Of a DNA stretch of 64,000 nucleotides, positions 1 through 11,733 are shown in pieces. The notes beneath the pieces are model-generated. The model did no database searches. It was not told the DNA's origin and was given only the letters and a program-made list of their open reading frames with translations. This stretch comes from Candidatus Altimarinota bacterium (lineage in GTDB: Bacteria > Patescibacteriota > Gracilibacteria > UBA1369), in NCBI GenBank assembly GCA_963677745.1, contig OY782391.1, positions 256,001 to 320,000 of the forward strand. Direction: 5' to 3'. How positions within the stretch are numbered: position 1 is the first letter of the stretch; every line of letters starts with the position of its first letter. The position numbers were made by a program, and so were the translations under genes.

Positions 1-177
1 CATTACATTTTTGTTTTATATTTATCTGTATTGTGCACGTTTTTGGCTTACTTGCCAAGCCCCCCGCTCAACTGTTAATCCGGCCGCACCAATTGCGGCA
101 ATAACCATCAAAAAACAATGATGGTAAAATTTCTGAATTTTGCTATAATTCCCGCGCAACTTTTTAATCCAATTCAC

Positions 178-576
178 ATGAAAGGATTTCATTCCAATAT
201 TGAAAAAGACACCCTGGAAAATAACAATTTCCGCAAAGTGCTCTATTCCGCCAAACATTGCCAGCTGGTGCTGATGAGCCTGCAGCCCAACGAGGAAATC
301 GGCATGGAAACTCATACCGACAATGACCAGTTTTTCCGCTTTGAAAAGGGCCAGGGGAAAGTGATCATCGACGGCAATGAATACGCCGTAACCGACGGTT
401 CGGCCATTATCGTCCCCTCCGGCGCCCAACATAACGTCATCAACACCTCGTCCACCGACGCCCTGAAAATGTATACAATCTATTCCCCTGCCCATCACAA
501 GGACGGTATTGTACGCGCCACCAAGGCGGAAGCCGAATCCCAGGAGGCCGAGTTCGACGGCGTAACCACAGAATAA
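178..576 (+). CDS. Cupin domain protein
   Basis: Cupin motifs ETH..DQFFRFEKGQG and IIVPSGAQHNV; start moved to ATG 178 (MKGFHSNIE). Confidence 0.85.
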   Translation: MKGFHSNIEKDTLENNNFRKVLYSAKHCQLVLMSLQPNEEIGMETHTDNDQFFRFEKGQGKVIIDGNEYAVTDGSAIIVPSGAQHNVINTSSTDALKMYTIYSPAHHKDGIVRATKAEAESQEAEFDGVTTE

Positions 577-587
577 CTCTAAACAAC

Positions 588-899
588 ATGCAATTATCAA
601 ACAGTTCGGAATTTGATTCCGAAGCCACTTTACGGGCTATAAATACAGCGCTCCTCGATCATATTGCCATGCTCAACCAGAATGACATCGCTGATTTTCG
701 GGCGCAACTTTCTCCCGAAAAACAAAACTCTTTTGACAACGAGGATGACATTGAACAAGTCCGTCTGGTTGCCCTGAGCAAGTTGACCTCCGGAGACCGT
801 GAAACACTTCATCAGATTCTCTCGGAAAATAATTTACCCATGCTGCACCTGCACAATCTGGTCGAAACAATCAAGATCTTTAACGGTCTGTTAAACTGA
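588..899 (+). CDS. Hypothetical protein
   Basis: 103-aa ORF directly after the cupin gene; no motif recognised. Confidence 0.55.
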   Translation: MQLSNSSEFDSEATLRAINTALLDHIAMLNQNDIADFRAQLSPEKQNSFDNEDDIEQVRLVALSKLTSGDRETLHQILSENNLPMLHLHNLVETIKIFNGLLN

Positions 900-1805
900 G
901 CCCTTGACCAACAGATAAGTGAGATAAATCAGATTGCTTACCTCTCCCCGCAAAATTGACCGGGCAGGATGGAAATATCCGGATTTTTCCTCTATCAGAT
1001 TGTTGAAATAAGCAACCTGGATATACGGCGCATACCAGGCATTGACGTCGGTATCGGTAAAATAATTTTTATCCGCCTTCAACCCCACTGTCATATCCAA
1101 TGAATTAAGCACAATTTTCAGGGCTTCCACCCGGGAAACCGGATATTCGGGCCGGAAATTACCATCAGGATATCCCTGAACTATTCCCATCTCCCTGGCA
1201 TAACAAACATAAGGCGTATACCAGACTCCGGCCTTAATGTCCTGAAAACAGGGCTGGTCATATTGGGCCTTCATCGAGTTAAAATCAAAAGTCGGATTAC
1301 TCTTGCTGTAAGTCAGCGACATGATCTTGACCAGTTCGGCGCGGTTAAGTGTGCCGTCCGGCTTGAAACTGCCGTCGGGATAACCCGAAATTATTCCGTT
1401 CGTGTCCATCCAGCGCACAGCCGTTTCATATTGGTGACCGGCAACATCATAAAGCCTTTCTTTGGGAACTGTCGGCAGGGGTGTTTCTGCCGTGGAAAAC
1501 GGCTTACTGGTGGCGGCGATAAGCCACTGTCCCACCCATCCTTCCGTACCGTTGCCCCGGCGAATCTTATAATACCCGTCAGTCTCGGCAATCACCTTGA
1601 CCACCTCCCCCACCGGCAAAGTTGTCATAACCACTGATGTGTCCATACAAGGGATGTCGCGCAATCTCGCTCCGGTGGTAACTTCGGCATTCCAGTCACG
1701 GTCATAGATGGGATCCTGAAGACAATCCTCCGCCCCCGCCAGACCGGGAAGACTTAAAATAATCAGTAGACCTGTCATAGCGCACAATAATAATTTTTTG
1801 AGCAT
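891..1805 (-). CDS. Secreted SH3 + S-layer homology (SLH) domain protein
   Basis: Signal peptide; SH3b-like ARLRDIP...GTEGWV; SLH motifs GYPDGSFKPDGTLNRAE and GYPDGNFRPEYPVSRVE. Confidence 0.85.
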   Translation of the reverse strand: MLKKLLLCAMTGLLIILSLPGLAGAEDCLQDPIYDRDWNAEVTTGARLRDIPCMDTSVVMTTLPVGEVVKVIAETDGYYKIRRGNGTEGWVGQWLIAATSKPFSTAETPLPTVPKERLYDVAGHQYETAVRWMDTNGIISGYPDGSFKPDGTLNRAELVKIMSLTYSKSNPTFDFNSMKAQYDQPCFQDIKAGVWYTPYVCYAREMGIVQGYPDGNFRPEYPVSRVEALKIVLNSLDMTVGLKADKNYFTDTDVNAWYAPYIQVAYFNNLIEEKSGYFHPARSILRGEVSNLIYLTYLLVKGSV

Positions 1806-1869
1806 AATTTTATGAGTTAACCAGATAATTTATCATCACGTACTGACGCCGGGAACGGTAAATGAAAAT

Positions 1870-3798
1870 TTATCCGTTCCAGCCGGCGAGCCGCGCCATC
1901 ATCCACCAGAAGGCCCGGCCTTTGAGATTACAGTTGAGAGGCTGGGAGTGGGCGCAGACATTGGTGGCACAAAGTGGCGAGCCGGAATTGGTCGAACACC
2001 AGTTCTGAGCCCAGTTACCCCCGTCATAATCATTATTGTCGGTGGCATTCAGATTAAGAAAATAACTTCCTGCCGGGTTGTAACTCTCGATATCGGCAAA
2101 ATCAAAAAGCACTTTGTTGTAATCCGAGGCAAATTTTCTGATGGTCTGATTGTTTTGATTCAATTGCCCCGCCTCCCCGCTCCCGTCCAGATGTCCGGTC
2201 ATATAAACAAAGGTCACCTTGGGAAAATCCTGTTCCAGTTGATCCATTTTCTGCAGATAATCATTCACTTCCGCCGTGGACATCGAGGAAAGCTGGCCGC
2301 ACCAGGACCACATCACCATATTTATTCCATTGGTATTGTTGTTGAGCAGATTTCTGGTCTGAGTTTCCCAATCTCCTCCCAGATCACCCGACAAGAAACT
2401 TTCATTCAGATACAAAGCCCCTCCACTGCCATCGGAACTGTAAGAATATAACGGTTCCTGTCCCTCCAGTACTTCCATTCCCGTCACCAGCTGGCTGCCG
2501 TGGGAAGTGTGACCGTAGGCAATTTTGAAAACAGATTTTGCGGCATTCACATAATCATCGGAAACGATTACCAGGTTGGTAGTGGCATGGTTGACCAATA
2601 AAGGGACAGTCCGTGAGGCAGTGCCTTTCACTTCCGGTAAATCAACCGTTAAACCACCGTCTGCTGGCACAACCGGCTCCGTACCGGCATTTCCGGAAGT
2701 TCCGATCTGGGGAACTTCGCCTTCCAGTGGAGCGGTAAAATGATCTCTGGCGTTGCAGATCAATTTAGCGGCCTGTGCACGAGTCAGTAAATTGTTCGGA
2801 CCAAAGACGGTTTCACTGTATCCGTTGACAAGTTCTTTATGATAAGCCATGGCAACCACAGTCTTTTGCCAGTCTGTCCAGACATCCCTAAAAGGAACTC
2901 CTTCCCAGGCCATCAATGGCAGATGGAGAGCTTTTACCAGAATCGCCGCGCCCTCGGCCCTGGTAATATTCCTGGACGGACGATAAGTATTATCGGAGTA
3001 ACCGCTAACAATTCCACCGGATTTGGCACCGCAGATAAAAGAGGCGTACCAGGCATTCCCGCCAACATCGGCAAAACAATATTTACCGTCATTAACGGAA
3101 CTGTCCGGATAATAAGTTTTCATTACCATCTTCAAAAATTCGGCACGGTTAATGGAACTGTCCGGCCGGAAATGAATCCCCTCTCCGGAAACCACAATCT
3201 GATCCGCAGCCAGTCCGGTCAGACAATCTGCGGCAAAATTTTCCCGGGCCACATCCTCAAATCCTTCCACCGGATCATCCACTTCACCCGCCTCCACGTT
3301 ATCCGGAGTCACAACTTCCGGTATCACTTCCGGCTGGCTCACCACATTATTAATTACTTCAGCTCCCGCAGCATCAACCTTCACCACGGTACGGGAACAG
3401 TATCTTTTGGGAGAAGCAACCTGACAAACACGATAATAATTCGTCCCCGCAGGCACCGAATCATCGGTATACGACAGAACATCGACATTTCCTTCGTAGT
3501 AGATATAGCCGTTATCGGGATAAACCGGATTGGAATTGTCCTGGGATCTGACCAGTTTATAAAAGGAAAATGATTCCGGATGCGTATATTTGCTCCAGCC
3601 GGTTTTTACCGAACCGTCATTTTGAAGAACAGCGCTAAAACTGATGCTGTCATCATAAATTACCGGATCGTAACCGGAAGATTCCGAGGTTCCGGTAGCC
3701 ATAACAGTGCCGTTTACCGCAGAAAATCCGAAAACAATACCGGCCAAAACCATCAAAACGGCCATCCCGGAAAATTTGGATAAAAACTTTCTTTCCAT
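1870..3798 (-). CDS. Secreted SLH-domain protein with a C-terminal putative SGNH-like hydrolase domain
   Basis: Signal peptide; three SLH repeats (INRAE, ITRAE, LTRAQ); C-terminal YGHTSHGSQ...MWSWC...FDFADIES...CAHS. Confidence 0.75.
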   Translation of the reverse strand: MERKFLSKFSGMAVLMVLAGIVFGFSAVNGTVMATGTSESSGYDPVIYDDSISFSAVLQNDGSVKTGWSKYTHPESFSFYKLVRSQDNSNPVYPDNGYIYYEGNVDVLSYTDDSVPAGTNYYRVCQVASPKRYCSRTVVKVDAAGAEVINNVVSQPEVIPEVVTPDNVEAGEVDDPVEGFEDVARENFAADCLTGLAADQIVVSGEGIHFRPDSSINRAEFLKMVMKTYYPDSSVNDGKYCFADVGGNAWYASFICGAKSGGIVSGYSDNTYRPSRNITRAEGAAILVKALHLPLMAWEGVPFRDVWTDWQKTVVAMAYHKELVNGYSETVFGPNNLLTRAQAAKLICNARDHFTAPLEGEVPQIGTSGNAGTEPVVPADGGLTVDLPEVKGTASRTVPLLVNHATTNLVIVSDDYVNAAKSVFKIAYGHTSHGSQLVTGMEVLEGQEPLYSYSSDGSGGALYLNESFLSGDLGGDWETQTRNLLNNNTNGINMVMWSWCGQLSSMSTAEVNDYLQKMDQLEQDFPKVTFVYMTGHLDGSGEAGQLNQNNQTIRKFASDYNKVLFDFADIESYNPAGSYFLNLNATDNNDYDGGNWAQNWCSTNSGSPLCATNVCAHSQPLNCNLKGRAFWWMMARLAGWNG

Positions 3799-3865
3799 AT
3801 ATAAAATCTATAAAATACTGCCACCAATAATACCCTTTCAGCCCTTCCCCCACAAGTTTTTGAAC

Positions 3866-4375
3866 ATGACCAAACCCCAAAAAATCATCATTAACGACCG
3901 GATGCAGAAAGGATACTATTATCTTACCGAACCCACCGGCAAAAACTTTGATCCGGAATTTAAACCAGAATTGACTCCCGGCCAAATGCTGGAACTGGGA
4001 GTGTTCGGTGGGAAATATCTGACCGACTGCCGCGCGGAATTCCCGACCTCCTGGTTTAAAAACGCCAAACTTTCCCCGGAAAAGAAAAATCCCCAATTGA
4101 ATTTTTTTGGAGTAGACGCCTCACTGTCCTTGCGCGAATGGCTGAAAAAAGACTGGATTCATCCGGCCGATCCGCGGGGCTGGTTTCAGTGGTATTGCCG
4201 CTATTATCTTGGCCGCCGTCTGCCCGAAGAAGACCTCCGTCAAATCAAACGCTGGAAAGCCATTCAGAGACACCGGGCGGCTATTATCAAAAATTGTGTT
4301 CCAGGCGATCTGTCCTGCCGCCGCAAACAGAGACAGGCTTTATTGCACTGGGCTTATGATTCCAGAAAAATCTGA
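3866..4375 (+). CDS. Conserved hypothetical protein
   Basis: Family-like motifs TPGQMLELGVFGGKY, RGWFQWYCRYYLGRR and RQALLHW; start at ATG 3866. Confidence 0.75.
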   Translation: MTKPQKIIINDRMQKGYYYLTEPTGKNFDPEFKPELTPGQMLELGVFGGKYLTDCRAEFPTSWFKNAKLSPEKKNPQLNFFGVDASLSLREWLKKDWIHPADPRGWFQWYCRYYLGRRLPEEDLRQIKRWKAIQRHRAAIIKNCVPGDLSCRRKQRQALLHWAYDSRKI

Positions 4376-4410
4376 ACAATTCCGCCCTTCTTAAAAACAA
4401 AAAACATCTT

Positions 4411-4782
4411 ATGAATAATACCCTAAAAGACCGGGAAACCGGCCCAAAACCAAACCATCCCGCACCACCCGACCGCATCACCCTCCCCAGTTTCCAATCA
4501 CCGCTTTATCCGCCCAGCACCCGCCCCGACAAAGAAGTGGAACGAATCGCCGTAGTGACTGCTTCGGAAGTTCAAAATAATTCCGGAGCGGAAGAAATTA
4601 CAACCAGTTATTCATTGATCGGTTCGGAACAGGAGCCGGAATTGGACATCAATGAATTCATCACCTCCAGTTTTAAACTTCACCGGCATCTGCACAAAGG
4701 ACTGACCAGAATGAATCCGGCGGAAAAAACGGAAGTCTGTCATTTATTAAGGCAGATACTGAAATATCTGGAAAATAAATAA
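4411..4782 (+). CDS. Hypothetical protein
   Basis: 123-aa ORF ending just before a bidirectional terminator. Confidence 0.5.
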   Translation: MNNTLKDRETGPKPNHPAPPDRITLPSFQSPLYPPSTRPDKEVERIAVVTASEVQNNSGAEEITTSYSLIGSEQEPELDINEFITSSFKLHRHLHKGLTRMNPAEKTEVCHLLRQILKYLENK

Positions 4783-4784
4783 AT

Positions 4785-4814
4785 AAAAAGGAGGCCTGAC
4801 GGCCTCCTTTTTTT
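4785..4814. terminator. Bidirectional intrinsic terminator
   Basis: AAAAAGGAGGCC-TGAC-GGCCTCCTTTTTTT between convergent genes. Confidence 0.85.
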
Positions 4815-4827
4815 GTTCCTGACAAAT

Positions 4828-6516
<1,689 letters not shown>

Positions 6517-6569
6517 TTATATTAAATATTAATTGATTAAAAAATTACGCCGGAAAGATCAGTCCGGAT

Positions 6570-6875
6570 TTAGCCGATAACTGCCAGAATGCTGCTCTGG
6601 CGGATAATATAGTAATCTTCACCGTCGATTTTCACTTCATCGGCTGCATACTTTGATACCAGCACCTGATCGCCCACTTTAACGTCCATTGGCAACCTGT
6701 TACCTTTCTTGCTCATCAAACCGGGACCGATTGCCAAAACCTCGGCCTTTTGGGGACGGTCCTTGGAGGCGGTCTCGGGAATGATAATACCGGAAACCGT
6801 AGTCTTCATTTCACTGATCCCCTTCAAAAGGACCCGGTCTTCCAGCGGTTTAATCTTTTTCAGAATGTCATTCAT
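6570..6875 (-). CDS. groES: Co-chaperonin GroES
   Basis: KPLEDRV, SGIIIPETA, VKVGDQV; immediately upstream of groEL. Confidence 0.98.
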   Translation of the reverse strand: MNDILKKIKPLEDRVLLKGISEMKTTVSGIIIPETASKDRPQKAEVLAIGPGLMSKKGNRLPMDVKVGDQVLVSKYAADEVKIDGEDYYIIRQSSILAVIG

Positions 6876-6914
6876 ACCATTTTTGGTTAATGATAAATAA
6901 TTTGCCCAAATAAT

Positions 6915-6941
6915 TTAGCACATACTTATCCGGAGTGCTAA
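6915..6941 (-). promoter_or_regulatory. CIRCE element (HrcA operator)
   Basis: Minus strand TTAGCACTC-N9-ATGTGCTAA versus consensus TTAGCACTC-N9-GAGTGCTAA; lies between a TTGACT-17-TAAATT promoter and groES. Confidence 0.9.
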
Positions 6942-6981
6942 TAAAATTTATATTTTTGCCCTCCCTCAGTCAAGAAAAACT

Positions 6982-7842
6982 TCAGCTTTTCTTTTTAGTC
7001 ATTTCAAAAACCTTTTTGCCGACCATCATGGCCAAAGCCCCACCCGGAACCAGATTCTGGGCAATCTCTTTGGAAAACTCATATAGATCGTCGCTGGTAA
7101 AATTCTTTTTGAGGGTATCGCTGATTTTGGCAGCTTTCAGATTAATCTCGGTGGTCACGCCGTCAAAAGACACCGTAGCCTTTTTATTCTTCAGTTTCCA
7201 GAAATACTCAAAGGTATAAATAGGATAAAAGTACAGACTCAATTCATGCACGGTAATATCCTCAAACAGAATCTGATCGGCCTTGATCGGCTTGACCAGA
7301 GAACCCAGCACCGTCCGCACCAGCGTGTTGGCCCTGGTCTCCAGATGAACAACGGGAGTTCCGTCTTTGATCAATTCCTCCGTAGAGGCGATCGGACTGC
7401 TTGGCGAAAGCAGATATTTGGAAAAATTTCCGGGCTGGTCGGTATTGGCATCGATCATCAATTCCTCCCGGTATTTTTCGCGGCAATGTTCCACGGCTTC
7501 CAGCTGAAAATTACCCGTATCCCGATTGACCTTAAAATCCTTTCCCAATACCTCCACATCCTCCACTTCCGCACTGACTGGAACCTGATAGCGGTGATTG
7601 CGTTTGTATTCAAAATGGGAAGTTCCCACTACATGCCAGAAAGCTTCGTAACGTTTCTCTTCATAAATCACCTCAATGTCCGCCGGATTGGGTTTGGCCA
7701 GTATATTAAAAAGTGAATCGAAAGCCCTGGTCTTGTGATCAACAGACAATAAACGGGCTTTATCCCAGCCCAGGACATCGTCCAGAAGCAACAGTTTTTC
7801 GCTTTCCACCCTGATCTTATTGAATTCGGAAGACTCGGACAT
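6982..7842 (-). CDS. Hypothetical protein
   Basis: 286-aa ORF abutting the rny stop codon, probably co-transcribed. Confidence 0.75.
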   Translation of the reverse strand: MSESSEFNKIRVESEKLLLLDDVLGWDKARLLSVDHKTRAFDSLFNILAKPNPADIEVIYEEKRYEAFWHVVGTSHFEYKRNHRYQVPVSAEVEDVEVLGKDFKVNRDTGNFQLEAVEHCREKYREELMIDANTDQPGNFSKYLLSPSSPIASTEELIKDGTPVVHLETRANTLVRTVLGSLVKPIKADQILFEDITVHELSLYFYPIYTFEYFWKLKNKKATVSFDGVTTEINLKAAKISDTLKKNFTSDDLYEFSKEIAQNLVPGGALAMMVGKKVFEMTKKKS

Positions 7843-7843
7843 G

Positions 7844-9373
7844 TTATTTGGCTAAATCTTCGGCACGGGTTTCCCGCAGCAAATGCAATTTGATCTGTCC
7901 GGAAAACTGCAGATCTTTTTCAATTTTTCTGGAAACGTCATGGATTAATTTTACCGAAGCATAATCATCCACTTCTTCCGGTTTCACAAAGATACGCACC
8001 TCGCTGCCGGCCTGAACCGCATAGGAATTCCGTACGCCGGGAAAAGCATTGACCGTGTTTTCCAGTTCCTCCATGCGCTTGATGAAACTCTCCATGTTAT
8101 CCTTATTGGCACCGGGACGGGCCACGGCTATGGCGTTGGCTGCAGCGACCACCATTGCTTCGGCGGTTCGCGGCTCCACTTCGCCCTCATGGGATTCCAC
8201 ACAATGAATTACTTCTTCCGAAATATTAAATTTGCGCAAAATTTCCTTGCCCACCAAAGCGTGATGTCCCTGAATTTCATGATCGGTTGATTTTCCGATG
8301 TCATGGAGCAGGCCCGCCTTCTTGCAGATCTCCGGATCGGCTCCCACTTCGGAGGCAATGGTAGCGGCCAGAAAGGCTACTTCCATCGAATGTTTCAGAA
8401 CATTTTGACCATGGCTGGTGCGGAATTTCAGCCGGCCCAGCAATTTGATCAGATTGAGATTGAGCCCTGCCACGCCGGTTTCATAAGCGGCTTTTTCACC
8501 AAGATCCTTGATCATTACGTTGACTTCCTCCTGAGTCTTGGCCACCACTTCTTCCACGCGGGCCGGATGGATACGTCCGTCTATCAGCAGTTTCTCCAGT
8601 GAAATTTTGGCGATATAACGGCGAACCAGATCGAATCCGGAAATTACAATCGAACCCGGAGTATCATCAATAATCACGTCAATACCGGTAGCCTGTTCGA
8701 AAGCCATTACGTTGCGTCCCTCCTTGCCGATGATGCGTCCCTTCATTTCATCCGAAGGCAGAGCCACCACCGTGACGGTTGATTCGGTTGCCACTTCTGA
8801 AGCGTAACGCTGAATGGCGTCGGCTATGATCATCTTGGCTTTGTCCTTGGACTCTTTCTTTAAAACTTCCTCGGCCCGGCGGATATGCTCGGCCAGATCC
8901 TGACGCGAAGATTCTTCCACTTCTTTGATCAACTGGGCTTTGGCTTCCTCACGCGACAGACCGGCAATTTTTTCCAGTTCCAGTTTCTGTTTTTCCAGAT
9001 TAGTCTCCGCCTGTGTACGCAGTTCTTTGACCTTCTCTACTTTCTGTTCCAATTCGCTACGCAGTTGCTCCGATTTCTGAATTTTCTTTTCCAGAGAATC
9101 CTCCTTGTCCAACAACCTGGCTTCAATTTTATCCAGTTGTTGACGCTTTTTTTCCTCCTCAGCCTTGTACTGGTCCAATGTCCTCAGGGCCTCATTTCGT
9201 GCTTCCAGCAGTATTTCTTTTGACTTCTTATCCGCCTCTGCAAAAGTCCTTTCCGCCTCTTTTTTATCTGCTTCAATTTTTTCTCTTTGAGAAGCCTGTT
9301 TGATTAGATATCCGACAGCAATGCCCGCTAGACCGGCCAGCAACAAGGCAATAATTGCATATACTATTTCCAT
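7844..9373 (-). CDS. rny: Ribonuclease Y
   Basis: N-terminal TM, coiled coil, KH domain (EMKGRIIGKEGRN), HD domain (LLHDIGK), C-terminal RETRA. Confidence 0.95.
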   Translation of the reverse strand: MEIVYAIIALLLAGLAGIAVGYLIKQASQREKIEADKKEAERTFAEADKKSKEILLEARNEALRTLDQYKAEEEKKRQQLDKIEARLLDKEDSLEKKIQKSEQLRSELEQKVEKVKELRTQAETNLEKQKLELEKIAGLSREEAKAQLIKEVEESSRQDLAEHIRRAEEVLKKESKDKAKMIIADAIQRYASEVATESTVTVVALPSDEMKGRIIGKEGRNVMAFEQATGIDVIIDDTPGSIVISGFDLVRRYIAKISLEKLLIDGRIHPARVEEVVAKTQEEVNVMIKDLGEKAAYETGVAGLNLNLIKLLGRLKFRTSHGQNVLKHSMEVAFLAATIASEVGADPEICKKAGLLHDIGKSTDHEIQGHHALVGKEILRKFNISEEVIHCVESHEGEVEPRTAEAMVVAAANAIAVARPGANKDNMESFIKRMEELENTVNAFPGVRNSYAVQAGSEVRIFVKPEEVDDYASVKLIHDVSRKIEKDLQFSGQIKLHLLRETRAEDLAK

Positions 9374-9514
9374 TGCCTTATTGATTATTTTATTTTGACC
9401 AATTTATCAAAGCATAGAAAAGCCGGCACTGTCAAAATTTAGCTGTTTTTTAGCATCGGTTAATACCGTCCGCTTATACTTGCAGCAAAGCTTTTACTGA
9501 TTTTAAAAAGCAAA

Positions 9515-11032
9515 ATGAGAAAGCCTGTCACAATACTAATAATAATTATCGTCAACACGGTTTTTCCAGCCGGCCAATTAGTCCGGTCGCTCGACCTTAC
9601 TACCGACCATGTTTCCACTGCTGAAAACAGTTTGGTTTTACAAGAGGGAACAATCATTTCTTTGCTGGAAATTGGCTTTAAAAACTCCCCGGACTACCTG
9701 CAATTCCGGGTCAGCGGTCCGCAAAAAAATATCAATCTGAAAGGACTGGCTTTTTATGACGACCGGGATTTTAAAACCATCGAAAAAGATTACTTTGTAA
9801 ACAGCGGGGATATTGTCACCCTTAATTTTGATTCGTCCCTACCGGATGACCCCGACCAGCATGTTCTTTATGCCCTGCAAAAAGGTCTCACCGGCACCAC
9901 CGAGCAAATTCTGATCCGCAGCGGCGGTCAAAACCTGGATTTTTTATGCTGGTACAAAGAGCCTCCAACGGCAGCGGAAATTAAGGACTTTGAAAAAATC
10001 CGCCCGCCGGACCTGTGGGAAGATGAAGACATCGGCAGCTGCCTGGACAGCACAACGGTAAAAAACGGCCAGATACTGGAAAAAGCGGGAGGAGAACAAA
10101 ACAGCTCCTCCTGGCAGATCCGTTCCGAGCAACCTATTGCCAAAACCACTGACGACCCAAAAACCACAGATGAAAAATCCCCCGCTGCCGACAGTCAAAA
10201 AAATCTGGCCACCCTGATTGAAAATTCAGGGGAACTGACTGACGACATTCCTGTTCAAATTACAGAAATATTTCCGCTTCCAGCCTCCAAACAGGAATAT
10301 GAATGGGTGGAAATCCAAAACACAGGTGACTTCACTCTGAATCTAACCGGCTGGATTATCGATGACGAAGCCGGAGGCAGCAAACCGCACCGCCTCCCCC
10401 AAACAATCCTGGAACCGGCCACCCCGGTACTGCTGAATCTGAAAGAACTGAAAATCACACTCAATAACGATGCCGACAGCGTCCGTTTGTTCCGGGCGGA
10501 CGGCGGGCTGGTCGCCGAACAAAGTTACAGCGGAGGCAAAAAGGGACAGTCTTACGCCCTGATTTCGCTTGATGAGGAAGACAATTGGGCGTGGAGCGAC
10601 CAGCCCACACCCGGTCAGCCCAATCCCAGGCTGACCGGGGTCAACGGAACCATCATCAGTCCCCCTCAATTCGATGAACTCTACCATTTTGCGCTGCGGG
10701 ATGATCAGGACGTTTTATATCTGGTGCAATTCACCGAAGACCGGATCAAAGCCCCCCTGGCCAAAGAGATTTTTCTACCCGACTCCCGGGGCCTTTTTAC
10801 CGGCGAAGTATTGCCCGCCCCGCAAAACCCGGGGGGCTACCAAAAAATTCTTAAACTTTATAACTACGAAATAACCGGACAACCGGAAAACTTTCTCTAT
10901 TCGCCCGTCCTGATTATTTTTGCTATAATAATCGCGCTGATTATCGCAGCCATTTATTTATTTTACCGCCAGATCCGGAAATGGAAACACTTTCCCTCGG
11001 CAATCTCGCCATCACCTTCCTGGCCGGCATAA
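9515..11032 (+). CDS. Lamin-tail (LTD) domain membrane-anchored protein
   Basis: ITEIFP...EWVEIQNTG...NLTGWII...LNNDADSVRL...PTPGQPN; C-terminal TM. Confidence 0.8.
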   Translation: MRKPVTILIIIIVNTVFPAGQLVRSLDLTTDHVSTAENSLVLQEGTIISLLEIGFKNSPDYLQFRVSGPQKNINLKGLAFYDDRDFKTIEKDYFVNSGDIVTLNFDSSLPDDPDQHVLYALQKGLTGTTEQILIRSGGQNLDFLCWYKEPPTAAEIKDFEKIRPPDLWEDEDIGSCLDSTTVKNGQILEKAGGEQNSSSWQIRSEQPIAKTTDDPKTTDEKSPAADSQKNLATLIENSGELTDDIPVQITEIFPLPASKQEYEWVEIQNTGDFTLNLTGWIIDDEAGGSKPHRLPQTILEPATPVLLNLKELKITLNNDADSVRLFRADGGLVAEQSYSGGKKGQSYALISLDEEDNWAWSDQPTPGQPNPRLTGVNGTIISPPQFDELYHFALRDDQDVLYLVQFTEDRIKAPLAKEIFLPDSRGLFTGEVLPAPQNPGGYQKILKLYNYEITGQPENFLYSPVLIIFAIIIALIIAAIYLFYRQIRKWKHFPSAISPSPSWPA

Positions 11033-11724
11033 TGTCCGTACTCTCCCCCTGCATCATTCCCCTCCTGCCCGGTTTTGTCGCCTATTTTGCAGGTCTGGGT
11101 CTGGATGAGGCCAAGACCAAAAAGCACCGCAAAAAAATGCTCATTTCCAGTCTGTTTTTCAGCCTGGGCTTCACGCTGGTCTTTCTGGGCTTCGGACTGA
11201 TCGCCGGAGGTTTAAGTCTGCTTTTGATTCAAAATCAGATCATTCTGCAGCAACTGGGTGGCATCATTCTGATTGTCTTCGGCGTGCTGCAAACCGGACT
11301 GATCAAGTTTAACCTTTCCCAGAAACATTACCGTCTGGATCATCAAAAAATTAAACTGCCCCTCAACGAATATGGCAGATCCGTTCTGATCGGCATGATT
11401 TTTGCCTTCAGCTGGACTCCCTGTTACGGACCGATTATCGGCGGTATCTTTACGCTGGGAGCTTCCTCCCACACCATGGGTGCCGGACTATTGTTGTTTT
11501 TCATCTACAGTCTGGGGTTCACCCTGCCTATTATACTGCTTTCATTGCTGATGGACCGTTTTTCCGTCTTCCTGGCCCGCCACCGCCGCTTTTTCCGTTT
11601 CGGAAACTGGCTGGCCGGAATACTGCTGATTGTGATCGGCTTTCTGATGTTCACCAACAATCTTTCCAGCATTGTCAATTGGCTGGACTTCATTTACACT
11701 CAAAACAAATTAAATTTTTTCTAA
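10981..11724 (+). CDS. ccdA: CcdA/DsbD-family transmembrane thiol-disulfide transporter
   Basis: SVLSPCIIPLLP and FSWTPCYGPI motifs; multi-TM. Confidence 0.9.
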   Translation: METLSLGNLAITFLAGIMSVLSPCIIPLLPGFVAYFAGLGLDEAKTKKHRKKMLISSLFFSLGFTLVFLGFGLIAGGLSLLLIQNQIILQQLGGIILIVFGVLQTGLIKFNLSQKHYRLDHQKIKLPLNEYGRSVLIGMIFAFSWTPCYGPIIGGIFTLGASSHTMGAGLLLFFIYSLGFTLPIILLSLLMDRFSVFLARHRRFFRFGNWLAGILLIVIGFLMFTNNLSSIVNWLDFIYTQNKLNFF

Positions 11725-11733
11725 AAACAAATA

